From a bacterium (GTDB taxonomy: Bacteria; Patescibacteriota; Microgenomatia; Levybacterales; UBA12049), in assembly GCA_021813145.1 (NCBI GenBank), contig JAKALS010000001.1:134519-198518 (forward strand): DNA of 64,000 nt. Direction: 5' to 3'. This document shows, piece after piece, positions 1-9,170 of the stretch. Made by a program: the position numbers and the translations under genes. The notes beneath the pieces are model-generated. The model did no database searches and was not told the DNA's origin. It saw nothing but the letters and a program-made list of their open reading frames with translations. How positions within the stretch are numbered: the first letter of the stretch is position 1; every line of letters starts with the position of its first letter.

Positions 1-129
1 TTTGTTGACGGAAAACCTTGGGTTCATATGGATATAGCAGGTCCTGCCTTCGCCTCGAAACACAACGATTTTGGTCCGAAAGGAGGCACTGGACACGGAG
101 TAAGAACTGTCCTAAACTTATTATCATGA
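1..129 (+). CDS. Leucyl aminopeptidase (M17 family) C-terminal fragment; the 5' part lies outside the window
   Basis: Frame 1 translates to FVDGKPWVHMDIAGPAFASKHNDFGPKGGTGHGVRTVLNLLS*. This matches the M17 LAP C-terminus (WAHLDIAG...GATG...LL pattern recalled). Stop TGA at 127-129 overlaps the efp ATG as ATGA. Confidence 0.55.
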   Translation, partial: FVDGKPWVHMDIAGPAFASKHNDFGPKGGTGHGVRTVLNLLS

Positions 130-683
130 TAGGCGTAACGGAACTTAGAGCAGGCACAATTTTCGAAGATCAAGGAAATATTTATCAGGTCCTTTCTTAT
201 GAGCATATTAAGATGGGGAGGGGAAGTGCCAATATAAAGGTAAAAGTAAAAAATATAAAAAGCGGCTCTACAACCGACAAAAGCTTTATAAACGGAGCAA
301 GGGTAAATGAAGTTGAGGTAATAAAAAAAGACCTTCAGTACCTTTACAAGGATACCGACAAAACATATTTTATGAACCCTCAGACCTTTGAACAGATAGA
401 AGTGCCAATTAAGATGATCTTTTATGAGGCTCCATACCTAAAGGAGGGGGAAAGTTTTTCCATAAGCTTTCTTGGGGAAGAACCTCTTTCGATAAACCTT
501 CCGCCCAAAATGGACTTTGTTGTAGAGGAAACGGCGCCGGGCGTAAAAGGCAATTCTGCGACAAATGTTTTTAAAGATGCTGTTTTGGAAAACGGTTTAA
601 AAACAAAAGTCCCGCTTTTTGTTAAGACCGGAGACAAAATCCGCGTGGATACCAGAACCGGAGCCTACAGCGAAAAAGCTTAG
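126..683 (+). CDS. efp: Translation elongation factor P
   Basis: ATG at 126 gives MIGVTELRAGTIFEDQGNIYQV...; full-length EF-P-like sequence with the KOW-like N-domain and the loop IKMGRGSANIKV. The residue aligned to E. coli K34 is Arg. Confidence 0.9.
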   Translation: MIGVTELRAGTIFEDQGNIYQVLSYEHIKMGRGSANIKVKVKNIKSGSTTDKSFINGARVNEVEVIKKDLQYLYKDTDKTYFMNPQTFEQIEVPIKMIFYEAPYLKEGESFSISFLGEEPLSINLPPKMDFVVEETAPGVKGNSATNVFKDAVLENGLKTKVPLFVKTGDKIRVDTRTGAYSEKA

Positions 684-687
684 CTTT

Positions 688-1971
688 ATGAAGAATAATA
701 AAATCTTGCAAACGCTTGCGGTCCGCCCGTTTTTGTTCCTCCTTCTCTCCGAATTCTTTTGCCAGATAGGGATAAATATGTTTAACTTTGTCCTTGTCCT
801 TATTGCATTTGCAGTTTCCAATTCCAATACCGCGGTTTCGGGAGTTGTTATTGCCTTTATGCTCCCGTCGCTTCTCTTGGGGGTACTTGCCGGAGTTTAT
901 GTAGACAGACGAAATAAAAAAAATGTTCTCTTTGCAACAAATATTCTAAGAGCCCTTCTTATTGTGCCTTTAATTTTTCTTCATACGAACATTTTTATTA
1001 TTTACATATTAACCTTTCTCGTTGCCGTAATTACACAGTTTTATATACCTGCAGAAACTCCTATTATTCCCCATCTTGTAAAAAAAGAATTACTTCTTTC
1101 GGCAAACGCACTCTTCGGCATGGGGCTTTATGCTTCAATCTTCGTGGCATATGCACTTTCGGGGCCTATACTTTTGCTTTTGGGCAGGACAAATATTTTT
1201 ATTTTCCTCGTAATTATCTTTCTGATATCAGCCTTTTTCGCTTCGCTTATAGATTTTAAGGAAACCACTAAACGCGAAAACGTAAGGGAACTTATGGAGA
1301 ATTTAAACGTCGGAAAAGAAATAAGAACCGCGGTTTCAATAATGGCAAGGACAAAAGTAATTTATAGAGCCCTGATCCTTTTGACGCTTGCCCAGGTTAT
1401 AATTCTTGTTTTAGCAACAATCGGGCCGGGCTATGCGGAGCATATACTTAGAATTAGGGTAGAGAATTTCCCGGTACTTTTTGTAACGCCGGCCATAATA
1501 GGTATAGCCATAGGTGCAATAATATTAGGAAGTTTTTGGAACAATATTTCAAAAGAAAAACTTACAAGGGCAGGTCTTGTTGTCGTAGGACTTTCGATTC
1601 TTCTTTTGCCATATGGCTCAAGAGTCGAAAACCGCGAAATAGTGCATTTTATTAACTTATCACTTCCTCATTTATTAAGGATTACCAGTATGCACATCTT
1701 ATATGTACTCGCTTTTATTCTTGGATTTGGTGCGGCCCTTATTTTTATTCCGGCAAATACCATTTTACAGGAAGAGACCTCCGACGAATTCAGGGGTAAA
1801 GTTTATGGAGCATTAAGTACTCTTGTGGGATTTTCATCGATACTTCCGATAATTCTTGCCGGAAGCCTTGCGGATTTGATAGGAGTCAGAGGAGTATTGA
1901 CTATAATAGGTATAGCGGTATTATTAATAGCGGGTTATAGAATCTTTTTTGTCCGGGAAGAGGAATTATGA
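688..1971 (+). CDS. MFS-type multi-pass transporter
   Basis: ATG at 688 (MKNNKILQTLAVRPFLFLLLSEFF...). About 12 hydrophobic segments with a central basic loop, typical MFS architecture. Confidence 0.55.
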   Translation: MKNNKILQTLAVRPFLFLLLSEFFCQIGINMFNFVLVLIAFAVSNSNTAVSGVVIAFMLPSLLLGVLAGVYVDRRNKKNVLFATNILRALLIVPLIFLHTNIFIIYILTFLVAVITQFYIPAETPIIPHLVKKELLLSANALFGMGLYASIFVAYALSGPILLLLGRTNIFIFLVIIFLISAFFASLIDFKETTKRENVRELMENLNVGKEIRTAVSIMARTKVIYRALILLTLAQVIILVLATIGPGYAEHILRIRVENFPVLFVTPAIIGIAIGAIILGSFWNNISKEKLTRAGLVVVGLSILLLPYGSRVENREIVHFINLSLPHLLRITSMHILYVLAFILGFGAALIFIPANTILQEETSDEFRGKVYGALSTLVGFSSILPIILAGSLADLIGVRGVLTIIGIAVLLIAGYRIFFVREEEL

Positions 1972-2657
1972 TGCATTTGTTCTTTATAGTTATACTAGTA
2001 GGTTTTTTTATTTTTTTATTCACTTTGCATTATCTGTCTAATGACGATTTGATAATAATAAGAAAAGATATGCCCATGGAAAAAGTCTTTAATTCGGCTT
2101 TTTTGGCCGGATTGGTGGGTCTTCTGTTTTCCAGGATTTTCTATGTTATTATCCATCCCGAACCGGTTTTTCTTAATCCTTTAGGTTTCTTACTTTTTCC
2201 ATATTTTCCCGGACTTGCTTTATCGGGAGCCGTAATCGGAGGATTTATTTTTCTTGTTTTTTATGCAAGAAACCAAAAATTACCCGTAGGCAGACTTTTT
2301 GACTTCTTCTCTATAGCCATTTTGAGTTCGCTTCCTTTCGGATACCTGGGGCTTTTTCTTTTAGGCGGTATTTCCGTAATAGGTTTTATTTTTTCGTTTA
2401 TAGCGTACGGCATATTATTTTTTGCTTTCATAAAATTTTTATTGCCGATGTCTTTCAGGAATAAGATTAAGAACGGTTCTATTTTCGCTATTTTCCTTTT
2501 TTCTTTTGCGCTTGTAGCTTTTTTAACAAAAGTTCTGGAAGAGTATAAAAACATAAATATTATCAATCCCGAAAATTTTCTATTTTTGGGAATTTTTATT
2601 TTTTCTTTGGTAATTATTTTAAAGACAGAAATATTAGGGAAGAGAGTAAGAAAATGA
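1968..2657 (+). CDS. Lgt-like (prolipoprotein diacylglyceryl transferase family) membrane protein with a divergent active site
   Basis: The segment ...LALSGAVIGGFIFLVFYARNQKLPVGRLFDFFSIAILSSLPFGYLGLFLLGG parallels E. coli Lgt ...[47 protein letters not shown]. The H and the GRLGN signature are replaced (S, GYLGL). ATGATG overlap with the upstream gene. Confidence 0.45.
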   Translation: MMHLFFIVILVGFFIFLFTLHYLSNDDLIIIRKDMPMEKVFNSAFLAGLVGLLFSRIFYVIIHPEPVFLNPLGFLLFPYFPGLALSGAVIGGFIFLVFYARNQKLPVGRLFDFFSIAILSSLPFGYLGLFLLGGISVIGFIFSFIAYGILFFAFIKFLLPMSFRNKIKNGSIFAIFLFSFALVAFLTKVLEEYKNINIINPENFLFLGIFIFSLVIILKTEILGKRVRK

Positions 2658-3400
2658 GCGAAATTTCCATCATATACCAGGATGATGACCTTCTTGTCCT
2701 CGATAAGCCCGCGGGAATTACAGTAAACAGGTCCGATACAACAAGAAACGAAGAAACAGTGCAGGATTGGATAGAACGGCAGATTAAAGATTTCGGATTT
2801 CAGATTAGTGACGAAGACAGGGAAACGGATTTTTATAAAAGATCCGGCATAGTTCATCGGATAGATAAGGAGACTTCAGGAATACTTCTGGTGGCAAAAA
2901 ACAGGGAGTCTTTTATAGAGCTTCAGAGACAGTTTAAAGAAAGGATTGTTAAAAAAACTTATATGGCTCTTGTGCACGGAAAAGTAGTCCCTTCAGAAGG
3001 CGAAATAAACGTTCCGGTAGGCAGGCTTCCATGGAACAGAAAAAAATTCGGTATTCTTGCAGGGGGAAAACCTGCTATTACCAAATATAAAGTATTAAGT
3101 ATTATGTATTTAGCAATGGGGAAGAAAGAAGAACAGGTGACGCTTTTGGAGTTAAGTCCTTTAAGCGGCAGAACGCATCAAATAAGAGTCCACCTTAAAT
3201 ATTTTAACCACCCTATTTTTTCCGATTTTCTTTATGCGGGAAGAAAGACCTCAAGAGATGACAGGAAAATTTTGGAAAGAGTTTTCCTTCATGCGAATAA
3301 AATATCCTTTATGCATCCGGGAACAAGACTTCCGGTATCTTTCGAGTCCCCGTTGCCGGAGGAATTGAAAAAAATCATAAAAATGGGCCAAAAAGATTGA
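2654..3400 (+). CDS. RluA-family pseudouridine synthase
   Basis: HRIDKETSGILLVAKN (catalytic Asp motif HRLDxxTSG) plus the downstream RTHQIRVHL motif. ATGA overlap with the upstream gene. Confidence 0.85.
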   Translation: MSEISIIYQDDDLLVLDKPAGITVNRSDTTRNEETVQDWIERQIKDFGFQISDEDRETDFYKRSGIVHRIDKETSGILLVAKNRESFIELQRQFKERIVKKTYMALVHGKVVPSEGEINVPVGRLPWNRKKFGILAGGKPAITKYKVLSIMYLAMGKKEEQVTLLELSPLSGRTHQIRVHLKYFNHPIFSDFLYAGRKTSRDDRKILERVFLHANKISFMHPGTRLPVSFESPLPEELKKIIKMGQKD

Positions 3401-3444
3401 CAGGAAGACTCAAATGTTATTAATTATATTAGGGAGGTGATTTT

Positions 3445-3579
3445 ATGGGAAGCTTCGGAGGCTTCTATAAAGGAGAAAAGAAAAAACCAAAAAAAGACAA
3501 GGCTTCAAAGAGTTCGGCTTCAGGTTCTTACGCCACATTCCAGATGCCCGAGATAATATCCAAGAAAAAACCCGTTTAA
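3445..3579 (+). CDS. Small basic protein (44 aa) with a strong Shine-Dalgarno; below the ORF-track cutoff
   Basis: AGGGAGGTGA at 3431-3440, ATG at 3445. Translation is MGSFGGFYKGEKKKPKKDKASKSSASGSYATFQMPEIISKKKPV*. The antisense 87-aa track ORF 3443..3706 is judged spurious. Confidence 0.35.
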   Translation: MGSFGGFYKGEKKKPKKDKASKSSASGSYATFQMPEIISKKKPV

Positions 3580-3584
3580 CTTTG

Positions 3585-4382
3585 ATGAAGCATAAGAAAA
3601 AGGAGGGCGATAATTTAAGGTTTGCATTTCTGTTTTTTGCTGCTGTTATATTCCTTATAGCTGTTTCTTTTGCTATAAAGGCATTCCTGATCTTTAGGAA
3701 CAGCACTTATGACGGTAAACATAGATTTAACATAGCCGTTTACCAGAAAAATGTCTCGTCGGTTATTTCTTTTTCCCCCCAGAATAATTCGATAACGATT
3801 TTGAATTTAAAAGGCTATACAGGGAATAATCTCGAGAAATTTCTTTCGCTTCCGATTGACGGTTCGGTAAGGGCAAGCGGTCTTCCGGTAGACTCTAATC
3901 ATGTTGCTTCCGATCTTTCCGGAATATTATTCCATCATGACGGTACTTCGTCGACTTTAACAGTTCTGGATACCGCAAGGCTTTTGTTTTTTGCAAGGGG
4001 AGTTCCCAGAGATTCGGTTTCTGAAACGGATTTATCCGCAAAGGATGTCTTAAGCATAAATTCATTTACTTCCTCTTCTTTTATAGACCCCCAGGTTGCC
4101 AATGACAAGGTCACAATAGAGGTTGTTAACGGTACACAGGTTTACGGCTTGGGAAATAGGTTCGCAAATCTTCTGACAAATATGGGGGCCGATGTAGTCC
4201 TTGTTACAAGTTCAGACGAAGAACAGAAATATTCAAAAGTTACTTATACGGGAGATGTAAATTATACTATAAAAAAAATAGGGGAGATTTTGGGAGTAAG
4301 TCCCGAGCAGACTTCACAAAGGGACATTTCTGACGTAACTGTTATAATAGGGGATGACGCTATTCCGAAAATAAATTTTTAA
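3585..4382 (+). CDS. Membrane-anchored LytR_C-domain protein (LCP-like cell-envelope protein)
   Basis: N-terminal TM segment; C-terminal VTIEVVNGTQVYGLGNRFANLLTNMGADVVLVTSSDEEQ resembles the LytR C-terminal domain. Confidence 0.45.
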   Translation: MKHKKKEGDNLRFAFLFFAAVIFLIAVSFAIKAFLIFRNSTYDGKHRFNIAVYQKNVSSVISFSPQNNSITILNLKGYTGNNLEKFLSLPIDGSVRASGLPVDSNHVASDLSGILFHHDGTSSTLTVLDTARLLFFARGVPRDSVSETDLSAKDVLSINSFTSSSFIDPQVANDKVTIEVVNGTQVYGLGNRFANLLTNMGADVVLVTSSDEEQKYSKVTYTGDVNYTIKKIGEILGVSPEQTSQRDISDVTVIIGDDAIPKINF

Positions 4383-4534
4383 TCCGGACTCGATATGTTT
4401 TTTATAAAAATAGTTATTTTTCTTTTTATTGTTTCCTTTCTTCTTGCGGTAAAATCATTGAGGGGAGTAAATCAAAAACCCGATGTCCAAGCTTTAAAAA
4501 AGAAATTAAACAAAGGGAGAGTTATTTTTCAGAG

Positions 4535-5260
4535 TCATAAATCTTCGGATTCTTCGTAGTCTTCTTCCTCTTCCTTTTCTTTTTCTTCTTCCTCCTGTCT
4601 TCTTACAGAATTCTTTATTCTTCCGTTTTTATCAAATTCCAAAGAGTTTTCGCCGGGAGAAAGGAACGAAGGCTGGTCTTTATATCTTGAAGATCTTTTA
4701 ATCTCTTTAATGAATATTATTACATGATGGGGATTAGCTGATTTTACAAATGCTTCATATTTATTACCGCTTTTCAGGAATTTGATGAGTCTTCTTCCTA
4801 TATCATCGGGAAGAACTCCTATGTATTGATCCTGGTCAGCCAAAACAAAAATTCTGGACCTTTTTATTGATAGATAAACAAACTGTCCCGTTCTTAAGGT
4901 CTGGATAATTTTAGGTTGCGCGGTATTTACAAGTTCTATTACTTTTGTTTTCCCCGGTTCTTCTAAGAAATTATGGTTTATTGCTGTAGGTAAAGAAGGC
5001 TTTTTTGAGGAAAATCCCTTTTCCTTAAGTCGTTTTATGTTCTTTAAGGCGATAGGATTCAACGGGTCGATTTCAATTACTCTCTCATAGGTTTCTTTTG
5101 CATCCCTTATCTTACCCGATATCGCATAAGCGAGAGCAAGGCGGTTAAGGCTGTCTAAATCCTGAGGGTTTTCGTCGATAAGCTGTTTGTTAAGAAGAAT
5201 GGCGTTTTTCCAGTCGCCGCTTAATGCCGTTTGTATTGCTTGCAGTTTTAATGCTGTCAT
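4535..5260 (-). CDS. TPR-repeat protein with an acidic C-terminal tail
   Basis: TPR-like repeats (ALAYAISGKIRDAKETYERVIEIDPLNP...). The C-terminus is EEEEKEKEEEEDYEESEDL. Confidence 0.45.
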   Translation of the reverse strand: MTALKLQAIQTALSGDWKNAILLNKQLIDENPQDLDSLNRLALAYAISGKIRDAKETYERVIEIDPLNPIALKNIKRLKEKGFSSKKPSLPTAINHNFLEEPGKTKVIELVNTAQPKIIQTLRTGQFVYLSIKRSRIFVLADQDQYIGVLPDDIGRRLIKFLKSGNKYEAFVKSANPHHVIIFIKEIKRSSRYKDQPSFLSPGENSLEFDKNGRIKNSVRRQEEEEKEKEEEEDYEESEDL

Positions 5261-5389
5261 TTAGGAGATAAATTCTCGATAAATTCGATTGGAAAATTCT
5301 ACTATTATTGATTGCAATTGTCAAGATAGAAAAGGTATAATAGTCCTTGAGCAACTGCAACTAGCAGCTAGTAACTAGTTGCTATTTTT

Positions 5390-6121
5390 ATGAGTGGACA
5401 TTCAAAATGGGCACAAATTAAAAGACAAAAAGGCGTCAACGATAAAAAAAGAGGACAAACTTTTACCAAATTGGGCAATGCAATAACTATTGCCGTAAGA
5501 CAGGGCGGGGGAATAGGGGATCCTAATCAAAACTTCAGATTAAGACTCGCTATGGATGCCGCAAGGGCAGCCAACATGCCAAAGGAAAATATTGAAAGAG
5601 CAATTCAAAGGGCAATGGGAAAGCAGGCGGGGGATTTTGAGGAAGTAATCTATGAAGGATTTGCCCCCGGAGGAGTATCGGTAATCGTAGAAGCCGCCAC
5701 GGACAACCCCATGAGGACCACCTCGGAAATAAAAAACGTTTTTAACAAGGCAGGAGCCAGCTTCGGACAACCCGGGTCGGTTTCTTATCAGTTTAAGCAG
5801 ATGGGTGAAATTATAGTAAAAGGCGGAGGGAAGTCTTTTGATGATATTTTTTCCCTCGCTGTGGATGCGGGAGCGGAAGATGTCGAAGAAGCGGGGGATG
5901 AGGTATTTATTTATACGGATATGCAAGATTTAGCTAAAATAAGGGACAATCTTATACTGCAAAGTTTGGAAATCATCGAAGCCGGTCTGGTAAGAAGGCC
6001 GGTTGTGACAGTCCCGGTAACCGAACAGGAAAAATTCGATAAAATAGCAGGATTTCTCAATACTCTCGAGGAAATGGATGATGTTCAAAAAGTTTATTCT
6101 AATATGGAGTTAAACTTATGA
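5390..6121 (+). CDS. yebC: YebC/PmpR family transcriptional regulator
   Basis: MSGHSKWAQIKRQKGVNDKKRGQTFTKL... is the canonical YebC N-terminus; full length is about 243 aa. Confidence 0.9.
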   Translation: MSGHSKWAQIKRQKGVNDKKRGQTFTKLGNAITIAVRQGGGIGDPNQNFRLRLAMDAARAANMPKENIERAIQRAMGKQAGDFEEVIYEGFAPGGVSVIVEAATDNPMRTTSEIKNVFNKAGASFGQPGSVSYQFKQMGEIIVKGGGKSFDDIFSLAVDAGAEDVEEAGDEVFIYTDMQDLAKIRDNLILQSLEIIEAGLVRRPVVTVPVTEQEKFDKIAGFLNTLEEMDDVQKVYSNMELNL

Positions 6122-6963
6122 GCGACGGCAAAAACCTCTTTACATTCAACCGTAAACTAAATAGAACTAAAAGCCAAAGGCTCAATAAAATAAAATTCTT
6201 AAGTAAGAGACAAAAATTTATACTTTCTGTTGTTGTACTGTCGCTAGGGCTTTTTATAACAGAACATTTTTTCGGAAAATCGGCAATATATATAGTATTC
6301 GGAATTTCCATTTTAACCGACCTCTTGCTTTATCTTTCTATCAGAAAAGATCTCGAGGATAATTTCAATCCGCAGGTCTTTATACTTCCGTTCTTCTTTA
6401 GCCTCGCATTCGGACTTTTCTATCTGCTTATTCCGGCAAGGCTGATTACGAGATTTGCAATGACAGTAATTTATGCAATAGGTCTTTATTCTCTTTTTTT
6501 GAGCGAAAATATCTTTACGGTTTCCTCTATCCGTACGATAGCGCTTCTTTCAAGCGCGCGGACTGTTGCTTTTGTTCTTACGCTTTTGTCGTATTTTTTT
6601 CTTGCCAATGTAATATTTACTTTCCATATTAACGTATTTGTTACGTTGCTTCTTATATTTCTAGTCACGTTTCCTTTGGTAATGAACTCTATTTGGATTT
6701 ATACCCTTGAGAAAGACATAAGAAAAGATATCCTCTGGACTTTTTCGCTTGCCCTTTGTCTTTTTGAAGTAGCTATTCTTCTTTGGTTTTGGCCCAGTTC
6801 TCCTACGGTTATAGCCCTTTTTCTTACGGGTATTTTTTACAGCATTGTCGGCCTTACCCAGGCATGGTTTGAGAAAAGACTATTTAAGAGCGTAATAATC
6901 GAGTACGTTTGGGTAGCTTTTGTTGTATTTGTAGTCCTGGCCCTCTTTACTACGTGGGGATGA
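6118..6963 (+). CDS. Polytopic membrane protein of unknown function
   Basis: Multiple hydrophobic helices; ATGA overlap with yebC. Confidence 0.45.
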   Translation: MSDGKNLFTFNRKLNRTKSQRLNKIKFLSKRQKFILSVVVLSLGLFITEHFFGKSAIYIVFGISILTDLLLYLSIRKDLEDNFNPQVFILPFFFSLAFGLFYLLIPARLITRFAMTVIYAIGLYSLFLSENIFTVSSIRTIALLSSARTVAFVLTLLSYFFLANVIFTFHINVFVTLLLIFLVTFPLVMNSIWIYTLEKDIRKDILWTFSLALCLFEVAILLWFWPSSPTVIALFLTGIFYSIVGLTQAWFEKRLFKSVIIEYVWVAFVVFVVLALFTTWG

Positions 6964-7011
6964 TAATACTGGATGGTAGACAATAGAGGATTTTGGAATC
7001 CGGGCCAAATA

Positions 7012-7036
7012 GGGAAGTAGATTCCCGTTTTTTTTA
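7012..7036 (+). terminator. Putative intrinsic terminator after the membrane-protein gene
   Basis: GGGAA-gtaga-TTCCC stem-loop followed by GTTTTTTTT. An alternative GGAATC/GATTCC stem spans 6995-7025. Confidence 0.4.
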
Positions 7037-7968
7037 GCCACTTACTTTACAAACTTTGTAACTCATAACGTTAAAAAATTTTGGCCTCGGTTTAGCTTCT
7101 CATTTCGGGAAAAATTTTTGGGAAAGAAAAGCAGGGAAGAGAGGAGTGGTATAGGGAATAAAAAGGCCTATAATTTTATTGCATGATATAGTTTGATATA
7201 CTAACTATTTAAATTATTATAGGACTTTTCTTACAATACTTAGATTCAAAATGTGGATAACTTTACATTTTCACGTGGTTTTGCTCCACTTTTCACGACC
7301 AATCGTACTCGCTTCTTCAAGGAAGCGATATGCACATATAGAAAACAAAGGTACATTTAATACGAAAAAAATACGAATGCCTTAAGAAGGTCTTCTTCTC
7401 TCTGTAAGGATGCTCACATACAATTGCTAATCATAATTATTTCGAAGCTAAAATAGTATGTTTAGCTTGATTTAACGGCCAAAACGAAGGTCTTTGCGGG
7501 AAGTACGTGTACCGGTAGAGAAAGGAGCGGATCTAAACCGCTGTAATCGTTTATTTTGGGCTCTTTTTAAAATAGAGCAGTAAATAACTGTCAGTAAATA
7601 ATAGAAGTTTATTATATAATTCTCTCTGTTGGCGTCTCTTCAAAAAAATGGCATTATAAGCAGCCGGGTAAGGGTAATTGATTATGTCGCACAATAATAC
7701 TTTTACGACGCCACTCAGGCACGGTTTCCGGGGGAAGACCCCTTTTCGCTGCAGTTTTTTGCACGATATTTAATAAATATTTTCTTTTACTGTCTCCTTT
7801 TATCTAATTAAACCCCCATTTTTGTGCCGTTTGCCATGTCCCCTACTACAGGACTAATGGTGAAGATTTCTTTGAGGCTAAATGAAGCTAAAATTTCCAT
7901 TTCCCCGGCAAAAAATGACGGAGAATATGTCTTTTCATGGTTATTCTATGTCTTTTTGAGACTAAACC

Positions 7969-8445
7969 TTACTTAATGTGTCTTGAGACTCCAAGCTCAA
8001 GAATAGAGGCCATTCTAGCGCCTGTTTCGGCGTCTTGTCCCATTATTGCCGTAAGAAGTACCGGCAATCTTATATCGTGGGGAATCCTATCGCGTATGGC
8101 AATCCCAACGGCGGCTTTTCTTAAATACATATTTCTTTCCCAGCTTTCCCGTTTGGTCATTTCGGCAAGGTCTATAAGGTCTTCCGGGGGAAGAGTCAGG
8201 GAATCAGGTTCTGAAATCTGCTTTTGTAGTTCAAGCATAAGCATACGCATCTCATATTGCCTCGGATGTATTTTTGCAAGCATTTCGTAGTCATATCTGT
8301 TTTCCTGCGGAGGTAAAATCTTTATTTCTTCGTATCGGTTTGCATAAAGAATAGAACCTTCAATGGCTTTATGTGGGGCAAAATTGAGAGAATCCATCTT
8401 TTCAAGACTTTCTATAAGCTCCCTGAAGGGGTTTCTTTCTATCAT
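7969..8445 (-). CDS. Hypothetical cytoplasmic protein
   Basis: 158-aa ORF with normal composition; no recognisable motif. Confidence 0.4.
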   Translation of the reverse strand: MIERNPFRELIESLEKMDSLNFAPHKAIEGSILYANRYEEIKILPPQENRYDYEMLAKIHPRQYEMRMLMLELQKQISEPDSLTLPPEDLIDLAEMTKRESWERNMYLRKAAVGIAIRDRIPHDIRLPVLLTAIMGQDAETGARMASILELGVSRHIK

Positions 8446-8466
8446 AAAGGGGAATTATAGCACTTT

Positions 8467-9099
8467 CTAGTTTTGTTTTCCTCTATTGTCATGACAGCGG
8501 TTCTTCGGGTTAGAACAGGTATTCTGACAAGTGGGATCGTTTATAAAAACGTTCGGACACTGGCTCATTTGGGGATCCGCATATATTACGCAGGCTCCGC
8601 TTGGCGAACACGCGTATTTATTTTGCACTGTCTGGGGGCACCCGTCGTTTATTGCTATATTTGAGCTTGATATACCGTAGTTATAATTGCATTTTGTTCC
8701 GCATCCGTTGCCGCACCCGGATGCCTGTATACTTGGGTCGTTGCTCATTTTAAGATTTGTGAGAAGCTTATACCATGTAGGGCAAGAGGAACCGTCGGTC
8801 TGGTATTGATAGGGAGTTCCGTCGGAGTTGCACGGAAATGAATTAAAATAAACCTCGTCTCCTGACTTAAAAGTCTGTCCGCAGGCAGGAAGGCTCGTCG
8901 GAAAACAATGGTAGTCGTCGTAGTATTCGGTAAGCGAATTTCTTATTTGTATCATGTCTTCTTTTGTTTTTGCATCCTGGGCTTTAAGTAATTGCGGGGT
9001 AAGATAAACGAATAAAAGGCCACCAAGAACGCCTATTATTGCAAGTACCAGAAGAAGCTCAAGAAGAAGGAAACCTTTTTCCCCGTTGGCTTTGGCCAT
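8467..9099 (-). CDS. Orphan type IV pilin-like protein with a Cys-rich (14 Cys) C-terminal domain
   Basis: Prepilin N-terminus MAKANGEKG|FLLLELLLVLAIIGVLGG (Gly-1, Glu+5, hydrophobic helix). The C-terminal half is rich in Cys, Asn and Gly. Confidence 0.6.
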   Translation of the reverse strand: MAKANGEKGFLLLELLLVLAIIGVLGGLLFVYLTPQLLKAQDAKTKEDMIQIRNSLTEYYDDYHCFPTSLPACGQTFKSGDEVYFNSFPCNSDGTPYQYQTDGSSCPTWYKLLTNLKMSNDPSIQASGCGNGCGTKCNYNYGISSSNIAINDGCPQTVQNKYACSPSGACVIYADPQMSQCPNVFINDPTCQNTCSNPKNRCHDNRGKQN

Positions 9100-9170
9100 A
9101 TCATTATGTTCTCACCACCAAAAAAATATTGCAACCTCTCCCCTTCTAATATAAAATAATTTTCCAAGAC

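Noticed and set aside
2261-2857. 198-aa minus-strand ORF, and similar antisense ORFs inside rluA/lgt-like, yebC (5540..5926), gyrA (23937..24335, 24945..25271), hppA (26295..27331, 27749..28138), gyrB (30601..31803), recG (60920..62449), folD (22853..23284) and pilus genes
   Set aside because: They overlap conserved, well-supported genes on the opposite strand and have biased, low-complexity composition. These are typical shadow ORFs.
6964-7968. RNase P RNA-like fragments (GGCCAAATAGGG near 7005, GGTAAGGGTAA near 7668) in the long non-coding gap
   Set aside because: The two motifs are about 650 nt apart and in the wrong order relative to bacterial RNase P. No GGAAAGTCCGGGC core is visible. 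This is judged coincidental.
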